From: an uncultured Corynebacterium sp.
GTDB lineage: Bacteria; Actinomycetota; Actinomycetes; Mycobacteriales; Mycobacteriaceae
Reading direction: 5' to 3'
Assembly: GCF_946221105.1 (NCBI RefSeq)
Contig: NZ_CAMICL010000002.1
Span: 14,541-78,540, forward strand
DNA: 64,000 nt
Positions 8,322 to 17,914 of the stretch are shown piece by piece. Position 1 is the stretch's first letter, and every line of letters begins with the position of its first letter. The notes under the pieces are model-generated. The model was not told where the DNA came from. It worked only from the letters and a program-made list of their open reading frames with translations, and ran no database searches. The translations under genes were made by a program, and so were the position numbers.

Positions 8322-9587
8322 ATGGACCCTCGCGAGATCGCCGACATCGACGCCGCCCACATCTGGCACCCCTACGCGGAGCCGGGGCAGTTCACCTACC
8401 CCGTCGAAAGCGCCGCGGGCCCACGCATCACGCTTCACGACGGCCGCGTGCTCATCGACGCCATGTCCTCCTGGTGGGCCGCAATCCACGGCCACTCCAA
8501 CCCACGCCTGGTCGCGGCGGCCGAGGCGCAGATTTCGAAGATGAGCCACGTCATGTTCGGCGGGCTCACCCATGAACCGGCGGCGACGTTGACGAAAAGC
8601 TTGCTGGAGCTGACCGGCGGCGCCTTTTCCCAGGTGTTTTATTCCGATTCCGGGTCCGTGTCCGTGGAGGTGGCGATGAAGATGGCGCTGCAGTACGCCA
8701 TCGGACAGGGCCACCCGGAGCGCACCACCTTCCTCACCTGGCGCTCCGGCTACCACGGCGACACGTTCGCGACCATGAGCGTGTGCGACCCGGAAGGCGG
8801 GATGCATGCGATGTGGGGCGACGCGTTGAAACCGCAGGTGTTCGCGCCCGCCCCGCCGGTACGCGGGGCGTCCGCCGCCGACCGCGATGCCTACCTCGAA
8901 CAGTTCGCGCGCTTGATCACGCCGGAGATCGCCTGCGTGATCGTCGAGCCAGTGGTCCAGGGCGCAGGCGGCATGCGCTTCCATGACCCCGAGCTGCTTG
9001 TGGGGCTACGAAAGCTTTGCGACGCCTCCGGCATCCCCCTCATCGCCGACGAAATCGCCACCGGGTTCGGCCGCACCGGCCAGCTGTTCACCACCCTGGA
9101 CAACGGGGTGGTGCCCGACATCATGTGCGTGGGCAAGGCGATGACCGGCGGGTTCATGACGTTGGCCGCCACCCTCGCCACCGAGAAGATCGCGTCGGGC
9201 ATGCAGCCGCGCGCGCTCATGCACGGCCCGACATTTATGGCCAACCCGCTGGCCTGCGCAGTCGCCGCCGAATCGGTTGCGATGGTGGCCGGAGGGCAGT
9301 GGCGGGACCAGGTCACCCGGGTCGAAGCCGGCCTCGAGCGCGGCCTGCGCGCGCTGGAGGATCTCCCGGGCGTGGCCGATGTGCGCGTGCTCGGCGCCAT
9401 CGGCGTGGTCGAACTCGAACGCGACGCTCCCATGCGCGAGACCACCGAGGCCGCCATGGCCGAAGGCGTGTGGATCCGCCCGTTCGGCCGTTTGATCTAC
9501 ACCATGCCGCCCTACATCTGCACGGACGAAGACATCGCCCAGATCTGCCGGGGCATGACGGCAGCGGTCAAGGAGGCCACGAAATGA
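8322..9587 (+). CDS. bioA: Adenosylmethionine-8-amino-7-oxononanoate aminotransferase.
   Basis: Class III PLP aminotransferase with a BioA-typical N-terminus (HIWHPY). ATG at 8322 has better RBS spacing than the GTG at 8316. Confidence 0.9.
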   Translation: MDPREIADIDAAHIWHPYAEPGQFTYPVESAAGPRITLHDGRVLIDAMSSWWAAIHGHSNPRLVAAAEAQISKMSHVMFGGLTHEPAATLTKSLLELTGGAFSQVFYSDSGSVSVEVAMKMALQYAIGQGHPERTTFLTWRSGYHGDTFATMSVCDPEGGMHAMWGDALKPQVFAPAPPVRGASAADRDAYLEQFARLITPEIACVIVEPVVQGAGGMRFHDPELLVGLRKLCDASGIPLIADEIATGFGRTGQLFTTLDNGVVPDIMCVGKAMTGGFMTLAATLATEKIASGMQPRALMHGPTFMANPLACAVAAESVAMVAGGQWRDQVTRVEAGLERGLRALEDLPGVADVRVLGAIGVVELERDAPMRETTEAAMAEGVWIRPFGRLIYTMPPYICTDEDIAQICRGMTAAVKEATK

Positions 9588-10261
9588 TCATCGCCATCAC
9601 CGGCACCAACACCGACGTGGGCAAGACGGTGGCCACCGCCGCCATCGCCGCCGTGCTCAAGCGCCGCGGCGTGGACGTCGTGGCCGCCAAACCCATCCAG
9701 ACGGGCGAGGAGCCGGGGCAGGGGGACGCGTCAGCCGTCGAGAAGCTTGCTGGCGTCGAGACGTTCGAGCGGTGGCGCTACCCGGAACCACTCGCGCCGA
9801 ACCTCGCCGCGCGGCGGGCGGGAATCGCAACCCCGAGCCTGGACGAGGTCGCCGAATGGATCCGCAGCCTCGACGCTCCGGGGCGTGTGGTGCTGGTAGA
9901 GGGCGCCGGCGGGCTGCTCGTGCGGCTTGCGGACGACTACACGCTCGCCGACATCGCCAAAGCCACAGGTGCCCCGCTCGTGGTGGTGACCTCCCTCGGC
10001 CTGGGCAGCCTGAATCTCGCCGAGCTGACCTGCGTTCACGCCCGCGGCATGGGGCTGGAGGTGCTGGGGCTGATCGGCGGGAGCATGCCCGATAACCCGG
10101 ACCTGCCCACGCGCCTCAACGTCGAGGAGCTGCCTGCGGTGACCGGGGCGCGGTACTGGGGCCACCTGCCGGAAGGCTGCGGCCGACTGGACCCGGAGCG
10201 GTTCGCGGAGGTCGCCTGGGACGCGATCGGGGAGTGCGTGCGCGTAGGCTCGCGTGCATGA
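9584..10261 (+). CDS. bioD: Dethiobiotin synthetase.
   Basis: N-terminal P-loop GTNTDVGKT. ATGA overlap with the bioA stop indicates an operon. Confidence 0.9.
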   Translation: MIIAITGTNTDVGKTVATAAIAAVLKRRGVDVVAAKPIQTGEEPGQGDASAVEKLAGVETFERWRYPEPLAPNLAARRAGIATPSLDEVAEWIRSLDAPGRVVLVEGAGGLLVRLADDYTLADIAKATGAPLVVVTSLGLGSLNLAELTCVHARGMGLEVLGLIGGSMPDNPDLPTRLNVEELPAVTGARYWGHLPEGCGRLDPERFAEVAWDAIGECVRVGSRA

Positions 10262-11130
10262 TCGACGCCCGCGACACCGCCCTCATCTTCGAAGGCGGAG
10301 GCACCCGAAACTCGTATACCGCCCCCGTGGTGGAAAAGCTCATCGCGGAGGAGGTCCAATTCGGCTGGGTCGGCGGCATTTCCGCAGGTTCGGTCCACGC
10401 GTTGAACTTCGCCTCCCGCGACACGTGGCGCTCCGAGAACGCGTTCACGGAGTTCGTGGGCAACCCGAAATTCGGCGGCTGGCGCTCGGTCGTGCGGGGC
10501 AAAGGCCTGATCAACGGTGAATGGGCGTACGAGCAATCCGAGGACGTTCTGCCGTTCGATTTCGACGCGTTCGCCCGGACCACCGAGGAGGTCCACGTTG
10601 AGGCTGTGCGGGCCGACACGGGGGAGACGGTGGCGTTCAACCGCGACGACCTGCGCACCTTGGAGGACGTCGCCCTTGCCGCGCGAACGTCATCGACGCT
10701 GCCGATCCTGATGAAGATGCGCGAAATCGACGGCGTGCCCTACGTCGACGGCGCGCTGGGCACCTCGGGCGGTTTGCTCATCGACGCCGCCCGCGCCGCC
10801 GGTTACTCGCGTTTCCTCGCCGTGCTCACCCGCCCGCGTGACTACGTCAAGGGGCCGCAAAAGCGCGAGCGCGCCGTGCGCCGCATCCTGCGCAACACGC
10901 CGAAAGTCGCCGACGCGATGGTGGCTCGGCCGGGCATCTACAACGCCGCGAAGCAATCGCTTATCGACGAAGCTGCCGCCGGCAACGCCTACCTCTTCTT
11001 CCCCGACGAGATGGGGGTCGAATCCACCGAGCTCGACGCGGAGAAGCTGCGGGCGAACTACGCGGCCGGGCAGACGCAGGTGGAGCGCGATTGGCCTGCG
11101 ATGCGGGAGTTCCTCACCGCGAAGCGCTAG
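10258..11130 (+). CDS. Patatin-like phospholipase family protein.
   Basis: Glycine-rich loop FEGGGTR and the GISAG serine-hydrolase motif. ATGA overlap with the bioD stop. Confidence 0.8.
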   Translation: MIDARDTALIFEGGGTRNSYTAPVVEKLIAEEVQFGWVGGISAGSVHALNFASRDTWRSENAFTEFVGNPKFGGWRSVVRGKGLINGEWAYEQSEDVLPFDFDAFARTTEEVHVEAVRADTGETVAFNRDDLRTLEDVALAARTSSTLPILMKMREIDGVPYVDGALGTSGGLLIDAARAAGYSRFLAVLTRPRDYVKGPQKRERAVRRILRNTPKVADAMVARPGIYNAAKQSLIDEAAAGNAYLFFPDEMGVESTELDAEKLRANYAAGQTQVERDWPAMREFLTAKR

Positions 11131-12758
11131 TCCGCGATGAGCGGCTCGATGGTCAGCTCCGGGTGCTCCTTCTCCACGAACGCGAGCTTCCACTTGTCGC
11201 CGAACAGGGCGATGAGCTCGCCGTCGGTGCGGGTGAAGATCTCCACGCCGCGCTGACGGCCAAGCTCCGGCGCGGATTCGGCGTCGGTGCGACGCGCCAC
11301 CGAGTACGGGATCGGCTCGGTGACGGTCTCGACGTTGTACTCGTTTTCCATGCGCGCCTGCATGACCTCGAACTGCATCGGGCCGACGGCGGCCATGACG
11401 GGGGCGGCGTCGCCGCGGGCGTCGTTGCGCAGGATCTGCACCACGCCCTCGGCATCCAGCTGGTCCAGCGCCTTGCGGAACTGCTTGTACTTGCCCAGCG
11501 ACTTCGCGCGCAGCGTGCGGAAGTGCTCCGGCGCGAACTGCGGCATCGGCGGGAACTGGACCTTCTTGCCGGCGTAGATCGTGTCGCCGGGCGCCAGCGC
11601 ACCGGCGTTGACCAGGCCAATGATGTCGCCGGGGTACGCCGTCTCCACGGTGTCGCGGCTGCGGCCGAACACGGTCAGCGCGTACTTGGTGGAAAACGAC
11701 CGCCCGGACTGCGCGTGCGTGACCTGCATGCCACGGTCGAACTCGCCGGAGACCACGCGCATGAACGCGAGCGTGTCGCGGTGGTTTTTGTCCATGCCGG
11801 CCTGGACCTTAAACACCACGCCGGAGAAGTCGTCGCCGACCTCGCGCTGCTCGTCCATCGCGGCAGTGGACGCCTCCACAGCCTTCGGGTCGGAGGCGCG
11901 GCCCTCGGGTGCGGGGGCGATGGCGCACAGCGTGTCCAGGATCTGGTGCACGCCGAAGTTCAGCATCGCGGAGGCGAAGATGATCGGCGAGGTGATGCAC
12001 TGCTCGAAGAGCTGCTGGTCGTGCACGGCGCCGTCCTCAAGCAACAGCGACGCCTCCTCCAGGGCGGTCTCCCACACGTCGCCTTCCTTCGCCAAAGCCT
12101 CGTCGGGGGAGTAGTGCTCCTCCGGGGCGATGGTGGAGCCGCCGGCGGTGCGCGTGAAGTGCACGTACCCGTCGATGGAGCCTTCCGTATCAACGTGCGC
12201 GAGCCCGCGGAAATCGCCCGCCTCGCCCACCGGCCAGTACAGCGGCGTCGGCTGCAGGTCGATCTCGGAGACGATCTCGTCGACAAGCTCGAGCGGCTCG
12301 CGGCCCACGCGGTCCCACTTGTTAATCACGGTGACAATCGGCAGCCCGCGGGCCTTGCACACGCGGAACAGTTTCAGGGTTTGCGGCTCGAGGCCTTTGG
12401 CTGCGTCGATAAGCATGACTGCGGCATCGACGGCGGAAAGCACACGGTAGGTGTCCTCGGAAAAGTCCGCGTGGCCCGGGGTGTCCACCAGGTTGACCAC
12501 GTACGGCTCGCCCTCGTGGCCGTCGGGCGCGTACTCGAACTGCAGCGCCGAGGACGCGACGGAGATGCCGCGGTCCTTTTCCATCTCCATCCAGTCCGAC
12601 ACGGTGGACTTGCGGTTGCCCTTGCCGTGCACCGCGCCCGCCTCCGAAATGACGTGCGCGTGCAGCGCCAGCGCCTCCGTGATCGTCGACTTACCGGCGT
12701 CCGGGTGGGCGATGACGGCGAATGTGCGGCGGCGCGCGGCCTCGGAAACGGTACTCAT
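11127..12758 (-). CDS. prfC: Peptide chain release factor 3.
   Basis: Translational GTPase with the G1 motif AHPDAGKST and full-length similarity to RF3. Confidence 0.92.
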   Translation of the reverse strand: MSTVSEAARRRTFAVIAHPDAGKSTITEALALHAHVISEAGAVHGKGNRKSTVSDWMEMEKDRGISVASSALQFEYAPDGHEGEPYVVNLVDTPGHADFSEDTYRVLSAVDAAVMLIDAAKGLEPQTLKLFRVCKARGLPIVTVINKWDRVGREPLELVDEIVSEIDLQPTPLYWPVGEAGDFRGLAHVDTEGSIDGYVHFTRTAGGSTIAPEEHYSPDEALAKEGDVWETALEEASLLLEDGAVHDQQLFEQCITSPIIFASAMLNFGVHQILDTLCAIAPAPEGRASDPKAVEASTAAMDEQREVGDDFSGVVFKVQAGMDKNHRDTLAFMRVVSGEFDRGMQVTHAQSGRSFSTKYALTVFGRSRDTVETAYPGDIIGLVNAGALAPGDTIYAGKKVQFPPMPQFAPEHFRTLRAKSLGKYKQFRKALDQLDAEGVVQILRNDARGDAAPVMAAVGPMQFEVMQARMENEYNVETVTEPIPYSVARRTDAESAPELGRQRGVEIFTRTDGELIALFGDKWKLAFVEKEHPELTIEPLIAD

Positions 12759-12799
12759 AAGCAGCTAGCTTATCGACGCACCTCCGGCCAAGTACAGTC

Positions 12800-13345
12800 G
12801 TGTCCATGACAACAATCGGAGTGTTTCTCGGATCTGTACGCACTGGCCGCATCGGCAGCCAAATCGGCGCCTGGGTGATGGACGCCGCCGCCGAGCGCGA
12901 CGCGGACTACCGACTGCTCGACCTGGCTGATTTCGACGTGCCGCACCTCATCGCGGAGGTTGTGCCGGGCGCGGCGAACAAGCAGTACGACGACCCGGCC
13001 GTCGCCGCCTGGTCCGAGGCCGTGGACGCGTGCGACGGGTTCGTCTTTGTCACCCCGGAGTACAACCACTCCATCCCGGGCACGATGAAAAACGCCTTCG
13101 ACTCGCTGTTCGGGGAGTGGGCCGGCAAGCCGGTGGCGTTTGTGGGCTACGGCGCTGACGGCGGCGTGCGCGCGGTCGAGCACTGGCGCCAGATCGTGGC
13201 GAATTTGTCCATGACGGACATCCGCAACCAGGTGGCGCTGAACATCTTCGGCGAGGACGTTGCCGACGGCGAGCTTGCCCCGCGCGAGCACAAGCAGGCG
13301 GCGCTCACGCGCGCGCTGGACGACCTGGAGGAGAAGCTGGGCTAG
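12800..13345 (+). CDS. NAD(P)H-dependent FMN reductase / NADPH-dependent oxidoreductase.
   Basis: Flavodoxin-like fold with N-terminal IGVFLGSVR and a TPEYNHSIPG motif. Confidence 0.8.
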   Translation: MSMTTIGVFLGSVRTGRIGSQIGAWVMDAAAERDADYRLLDLADFDVPHLIAEVVPGAANKQYDDPAVAAWSEAVDACDGFVFVTPEYNHSIPGTMKNAFDSLFGEWAGKPVAFVGYGADGGVRAVEHWRQIVANLSMTDIRNQVALNIFGEDVADGELAPREHKQAALTRALDDLEEKLG

Positions 13346-13911
13346 TCCGCCAGCGGAAGCTCGAACTTCAGCCCCTCGCATGTGATGCGGCCGGTCTGCT
13401 TGCCGTTCCACTCGGGCGTAAAGCCGACCTCTTCGAGCGCCTCGACGACTGCCTGGCCGATCTCGGCGTCGGACTCGTCGCCGGGGTTGTCCAGGGAGCT
13501 GAAGCCGAAGTAGAGCCGCCCGATGTGGATCACACAGTCCACGTCCTGCATGGTGCAGTAGGCGTAGCCCTTGCGGCCTTCTTCGCGGGCGAGGTCGGCG
13601 CCGTCCTCGGCGGCCTCGCCCTTGTCGTAGCCGTCGTCGAAGGAAAAGGAGAGGTCGCGCTTCGCCAGCGCCTCGCGCAACGCGTCGATGCGCTTGGCGT
13701 CCTCGGAGGCCTCGGGGACGAAGCGGGCGTATTCGTCGTGGACTTCTTCAAAGACGGACACGGGGACGCCATCGTCCTCGAGTCCACTGATGATCATGGC
13801 TGAGCCCCAGCCGTGGCAGAGCCGGAGGCAGATTTCGCTGGTGGTTTCGTCGGGTTCGTAAAGGCCTTCTGCGGGTGGGTACTTGCTGTCGAACATGGCA
13901 TGGCGGGTCAT
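13342..13911 (-). CDS. Conserved hypothetical cytosolic protein (acidic, 189 aa).
   Basis: Clean ORF with actinobacterial codon bias. No motif I can name with confidence. Confidence 0.5.
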   Translation of the reverse strand: MTRHAMFDSKYPPAEGLYEPDETTSEICLRLCHGWGSAMIISGLEDDGVPVSVFEEVHDEYARFVPEASEDAKRIDALREALAKRDLSFSFDDGYDKGEAAEDGADLAREEGRKGYAYCTMQDVDCVIHIGRLYFGFSSLDNPGDESDAEIGQAVVEALEEVGFTPEWNGKQTGRITCEGLKFELPLAD

Positions 13912-13921
13912 GCCCTACAAC

Positions 13922-14518
13922 CTACCGTGTTGCGTGGATCACGTTCTGCGCTTTTCCTAGGCCTTCGCTGACAATCAACTGCACAGCCTTGGCGGCGAGC
14001 GCGACCTGGCCGGAGATGTCGTCCTCGATAGGGGAGAGCACCCAGTCCGGCACCGCCATGCCCTGCGGCGGGCGCCCGATGCCCATGCGCACGCGCAGGT
14101 AGTCGCGGGTGCCCAGGTGCTCCGTGATCGATTTCAGCCCGTTGTGGCCGTTTTCGTTGCCGCCGAGCTTCACGCGCACTTTCCCAGCGGGCAGGTCCAG
14201 CTCGTCGTGCACCACGATGATGCGCTCTGGCGCCACCCCCAGCTGCTCGGCCAGCGGGCCGACGGACTCGCCGGTGGTGTTCATGTACGTCGTCGAGCGC
14301 GCGTAGGCCACCCCATCGCGTACCTGCACCAGCGCCTTGATCCCCGGCACCGGCGCAAGATCGCCGGCCAGCTCGTCCAGCGCCATGTATCCCGCGTTAT
14401 GCCTGGTAGCGGCGTATTTCGCGCCCGGGTTGCCCAGCCCCACCACGAGCCACTCCGCCTCCAGCTGGGGGGTGCGTTTGCGCCTGAAGAATCCGAACAT
14501 GACGCATACTCTAGCCAT
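13922..14518 (-). CDS. pth: Peptidyl-tRNA hydrolase (paralogue 2).
   Basis: LVVGLGNPG and NAGYMALD motifs. Start at 14518 (MARVC...) or 14500 (MFGFF...). Confidence 0.88.
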   Translation of the reverse strand: MARVCVMFGFFRRKRTPQLEAEWLVVGLGNPGAKYAATRHNAGYMALDELAGDLAPVPGIKALVQVRDGVAYARSTTYMNTTGESVGPLAEQLGVAPERIIVVHDELDLPAGKVRVKLGGNENGHNGLKSITEHLGTRDYLRVRMGIGRPPQGMAVPDWVLSPIEDDISGQVALAAKAVQLIVSEGLGKAQNVIHATR

Positions 14519-15389
14519 GGAGTTTCCACGCGTGATCGCAGCACCCATGGCCGGCGGGCCGTCCACGCCCGCGCTCGTCAACGCGGTGAGCTTCGGGTTC
14601 ATCGCGCTCGGCACCTGCACCGTCGCCCAGGCCCGCGAGTGGCTCGCCGCGTGCGAGCCGCCGTTCGGCGCCAACCTCTTCGTGCCGCAGCGGGAGCCTT
14701 TGCTTGACGACGTCCTCACGGTCGCCCGCCGCCTCCACAAAGAAGTCCCCGAAGTGGCGTCCGACTATGCGGAGAAGTTCGCCCTCGTCCTCGACGCCGC
14801 GCCCGCCGTAGTCTCGTCCACCTTCGGCTGCTTCACCGAAAACGAGATCGCCCAGCTGCACGCCGCGGGCTCGGAGGCGTGGGCGACGGTGACCAACCCC
14901 GCCGAGATCGCCGAGGCGAAGCGCAGGGGCGTCGACGGCGTGATCGTCCAGGGCCCGCGCGCCGGCGGCCACCGCGCAACCTGGGACCAGCACGAGGACC
15001 CGGACCAGCGGACGCTGGAGGCGCTGCTCTCGCTGGCTAGCGGGCCCGTGATCGCGGCGGGAGGGGTGCGGGGACCGGAGGACGTCGAAAAGCTTGGCGT
15101 CCCTGTCGCCTGCGGCACCGCATTTCTGCTCGCGGACGAGGCCGGCACCAGCGCGCGCAACCGCGACCTGCTGCGCACGGACGCGCCCGCGGTGGTCACG
15201 CGCGCGTTTTCCGGGCGGTGGGCGAGCGGGGTGGAAACCGCGTTCACCCGCGAGCACCCGGACTTGCCGCCGACCTACCCGTACCTGCGCCCCATGACGA
15301 AGGGCAACGACTACTGCCTCGTCGGCGCGGACCGCGGCGAGCTCATTACCGCGCCGGCGCGTGAAATCGAGCGGATGCTAACGCCCTAG
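14517..15389 (+). CDS. Nitronate monooxygenase (NMO / 2-nitropropane dioxygenase family).
   Basis: IAAPMAGG N-terminal FMN-binding motif in a TIM-barrel flavoenzyme. Its start shares a CCATGG with the divergent pth start. Confidence 0.8.
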   Translation: MEFPRVIAAPMAGGPSTPALVNAVSFGFIALGTCTVAQAREWLAACEPPFGANLFVPQREPLLDDVLTVARRLHKEVPEVASDYAEKFALVLDAAPAVVSSTFGCFTENEIAQLHAAGSEAWATVTNPAEIAEAKRRGVDGVIVQGPRAGGHRATWDQHEDPDQRTLEALLSLASGPVIAAGGVRGPEDVEKLGVPVACGTAFLLADEAGTSARNRDLLRTDAPAVVTRAFSGRWASGVETAFTREHPDLPPTYPYLRPMTKGNDYCLVGADRGELITAPAREIERMLTP

Positions 15390-15412
15390 CTGGCCGGGGC
15401 GATGTTAGGGGC

Positions 15413-15703
15413 ATGAAACTTTCCAAGATTGCCATCGCCACCGCAACCACCGGCGCCCTCGCGATGGGCGCGCTCGCCCCGGCCGCTCACGCAGCCCCTG
15501 CCGAGAACGATCGCGCGTACAGCGGCAGCTCCTGGGGCCTGTACAGCTTCCTCATGACCAACATCATGAAAGGTGTCAGCCAGCTCGGCGGCGGCTCGCA
15601 AGAAGCGGCGATGTTCAGCTCCGTGCCGTTCATCATCCTGCTGCTGCCGCTGCAGATGATCGCCGAGGCTGAGGTCCGCCTGCTGGACCAGCTCGGCCGC
15701 TAA
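15413..15703 (+). CDS. Small secreted protein with a signal peptide (AHA/AP cleavage site). Unknown function.
   Basis: N-terminal signal peptide followed by a hydrophobic C-terminal segment. Confidence 0.5.
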   Translation: MKLSKIAIATATTGALAMGALAPAAHAAPAENDRAYSGSSWGLYSFLMTNIMKGVSQLGGGSQEAAMFSSVPFIILLLPLQMIAEAEVRLLDQLGR

Positions 15704-16494
15704 TACACCCGAGTGGTGTTCTCGATCGCGCCCAAGCCCTCGATCTCCACGCGCACCGTGTCGCCGTCAGCGAGGTAGCGCTTCGGCTCGCGGGCGTGTC
15801 CCACGCCGGCGGGGGTGCCGGTGGCGATGACGTCGCCCGGCTCGAGCGGGTAGAGGTGCGAGATGAACTCCACCATCTTCGCCGGCGTGAACACCAAATC
15901 GTCGGTGGGGGCGTGCTGCATCACCTCGCCGTTGACGGTGGTGGTAATCGCCGGGCCCGGCTGCCACTCGGTGTCCAGCCACGGGCCGAAGCCCGCGGTC
16001 TTTTCCAGCGACTTGCCCTGGTGCCACTGCTGCGTGCGTTTTTGAAAGTGGCGCTGGGTGTAGTCGTTGATCACCGAGTATCCCGCGATGTGCTCCGCGC
16101 CGTTTTTCGCGTGGCGGGCCTGGGTGCCGACGATCACCGCGAGCTCGCCCTCAAAATCCAGAGTGTCGGCGTTGAAGCTGGGCACCTCGGCGTCGTCGTG
16201 GGCGCCGATGAGCGCCTCCGGGTACTTGATAAACAAGGTCGGCACGTCCGGCTGCTCGTGGCCCATCTCCGCGATGTGCTTGGCGTAGTTCAGCCCCACG
16301 CAGATGATCTTGCCGGGGCGCGGGATCACCGGCGCGAGGTCGTGCGGGGCGAAGGTGATCTCTTCGCCTTCGTCGAAGGTGCCGTCGCGCAGCAGCTTTC
16401 CGACGTCCTCCGCGCCCAACGTCACCGCCCTTCCCTCGCCAATCACGCGAGCGGCTGTGGTGGTGTTTCCGGTCCTGATCGTGGCAAGTTTCAT
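15700..16494 (-). CDS. Fumarylacetoacetate hydrolase (FAH) family protein.
   Basis: FAH-fold motifs across the length of the protein. Lies 5 nt downstream of pth on the same strand. Confidence 0.8.
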   Translation of the reverse strand: MKLATIRTGNTTTAARVIGEGRAVTLGAEDVGKLLRDGTFDEGEEITFAPHDLAPVIPRPGKIICVGLNYAKHIAEMGHEQPDVPTLFIKYPEALIGAHDDAEVPSFNADTLDFEGELAVIVGTQARHAKNGAEHIAGYSVINDYTQRHFQKRTQQWHQGKSLEKTAGFGPWLDTEWQPGPAITTTVNGEVMQHAPTDDLVFTPAKMVEFISHLYPLEPGDVIATGTPAGVGHAREPKRYLADGDTVRVEIEGLGAIENTTRVY

Positions 16495-16499
16495 GCGCG

Positions 16500-17051
16500 C
16501 TAGCCTATCGCGCGCAGGATTGCATCCGCCGCGTCCGCCGACGCGATAGCCAGATCCACCTGCTCTTTCGCGCTGAATGGTTTGAGCACGTAATCCGCCG
16601 GGGCCATGCGCCCGGGCGGGCGGCCGATGCCCACCGCCACCTTGTTGTACGGCTTTCCACCCAGCGACTTTGTGATGGACTTCAGCCCGTTGTGCCCGTG
16701 GTCGCCGCCGCCCAGGCGCAGCTTCACCTCGCCGAGCTCCAAATCCAGCTCGTCGTGCACCACGTACAGGTCCTCCGGCTTCACGCTGAAATAATCCATC
16801 AGCGCTTTGACCGGCCCGCCGGAGACGTTCATGAAGGCGCGGGTGCGTGCGAGGACCGCATGGTCGTCGTCAAGCAAGCGCCCCTTCGCAAGCTCGGCGA
16901 TCTCCGTATTCGTGCGCTTGTGCACCGCAAGCTGCGCCGGCATCGGGGTTGCGCGGCCGAGCAGCTCCTCCACGACGAACACGCCTGCGTTGTGCCGCGT
17001 GGCGGCGTACTGGGGGCCGGGGTTGCCAAGGCCGACGATCAAGATAGTCAC
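16500..17051 (-). CDS. pth: Peptidyl-tRNA hydrolase (paralogue 1, downstream of rplY).
   Basis: LIVGLGNPG and NAGVFVVEEL motifs. GTG start at 17051 gives (M)TILIVGLGNPG. The ORF track's N-terminal extension overlaps rplY and is rejected. Confidence 0.85.
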   Translation of the reverse strand: MTILIVGLGNPGPQYAATRHNAGVFVVEELLGRATPMPAQLAVHKRTNTEIAELAKGRLLDDDHAVLARTRAFMNVSGGPVKALMDYFSVKPEDLYVVHDELDLELGEVKLRLGGGDHGHNGLKSITKSLGGKPYNKVAVGIGRPPGRMAPADYVLKPFSAKEQVDLAIASADAADAILRAIG

Positions 17052-17080
17052 GCCCACGAGGATAACCCACCCAAAGAAGC

Positions 17081-17116
17081 GGAAAACCCGCCGCCGCGGG
17101 AATGCGGTGGCGGGTT
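17081..17116 (-). terminator. Rho-independent-like hairpin (13-bp stem with one G.U pair) followed by a UUUUCC tract, between rplY and pth.
   Basis: Plus strand AACCCGCCGCCGC-gggaat-GCGGTGGCGGGTT with AAAA upstream, i.e. a T-tract on the minus strand. Confidence 0.55.
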
Positions 17117-17130
17117 GAAAGGGGGAGGAT

Positions 17131-17781
17131 TTACTCCTCGTCGCCCTTCTCCTCAGCCGGAGCCTCGGACTCGGCGCCAGCCTCAGCGCCGCCTTCCTCA
17201 GCGGCCTCGGCCTCAGCCTCGAGGTCCTCGTCAACCTGCTCGAAGGTGACGTTGACCAGCAGGGTCTCCGGGTCGGAAATGAGCTCCGCGCCCTCCGGCA
17301 GCTTCACGTCGGAAGCGTGGAGCGTGTCGCCGATCTCCTTGCCCTCGATGGACACGGTCAGCTCGTCCGGGATGGACAGCGCGTCGATCTCGATCTCGAC
17401 GTAGTCGGTCTCCTGCAGCACAACTGCGCCCGGAGCGGCCTCGCCTTCGGTGACAACCGGGACCTCGACGGTGACCTTCTCGCCGCGCTTAATGCCGAGC
17501 AGGTCGATGTGGTCGATGTCCAGGGTGATCACGTTCTGGTCGATGTACTTGACCATGGCCAGCAGCTTCTCGCCGTCCAGCTCGAGCTCGACGATGGCGT
17601 TGGTGCCGTCGTTACGCACGACTGCGGTCATCTCGATGCGGTCGACCGCGAAGTGGATGTTCTCGATGCCCTTTTCGTACAGGACACCCGGGATCTTGCC
17701 GTCGCGGCGCAGACGGCGTGCGGAGCCCTTGCCGAACTCCTCGCGACGCTCACCCTTGATAACGGTGGGGGTAATAGCCAT
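17131..17781 (-). CDS. rplY: 50S ribosomal protein L25 / general stress protein Ctc.
   Basis: L25/Ctc N- and C-domains with an acidic Glu/Ala-rich tail. ATG at 17781. Confidence 0.92.
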   Translation of the reverse strand: MAITPTVIKGERREEFGKGSARRLRRDGKIPGVLYEKGIENIHFAVDRIEMTAVVRNDGTNAIVELELDGEKLLAMVKYIDQNVITLDIDHIDLLGIKRGEKVTVEVPVVTEGEAAPGAVVLQETDYVEIEIDALSIPDELTVSIEGKEIGDTLHASDVKLPEGAELISDPETLLVNVTFEQVDEDLEAEAEAAEEGGAEAGAESEAPAEEKGDEE

Positions 17782-17914
17782 GGTGTACTCCTTCGTGTGT
17801 GAAGGGCCACAGGCCTTGCCTGCGACCACTAAACGGATATGTGCTCGTCGAGTGATCGCAAAAGGATCTCAAAATCGCGTCGATAACGGCCTTGGTAGGC
17901 CCTCGCCGAGACTG

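Noticed and set aside
16500-17234. Long Arg/Pro-rich N-terminal extension of the pth ORF
   Set aside because: It overlaps rplY in another frame and crosses the rplY terminator hairpin. The Pth fold begins at (M)TILIVGLGNPG.
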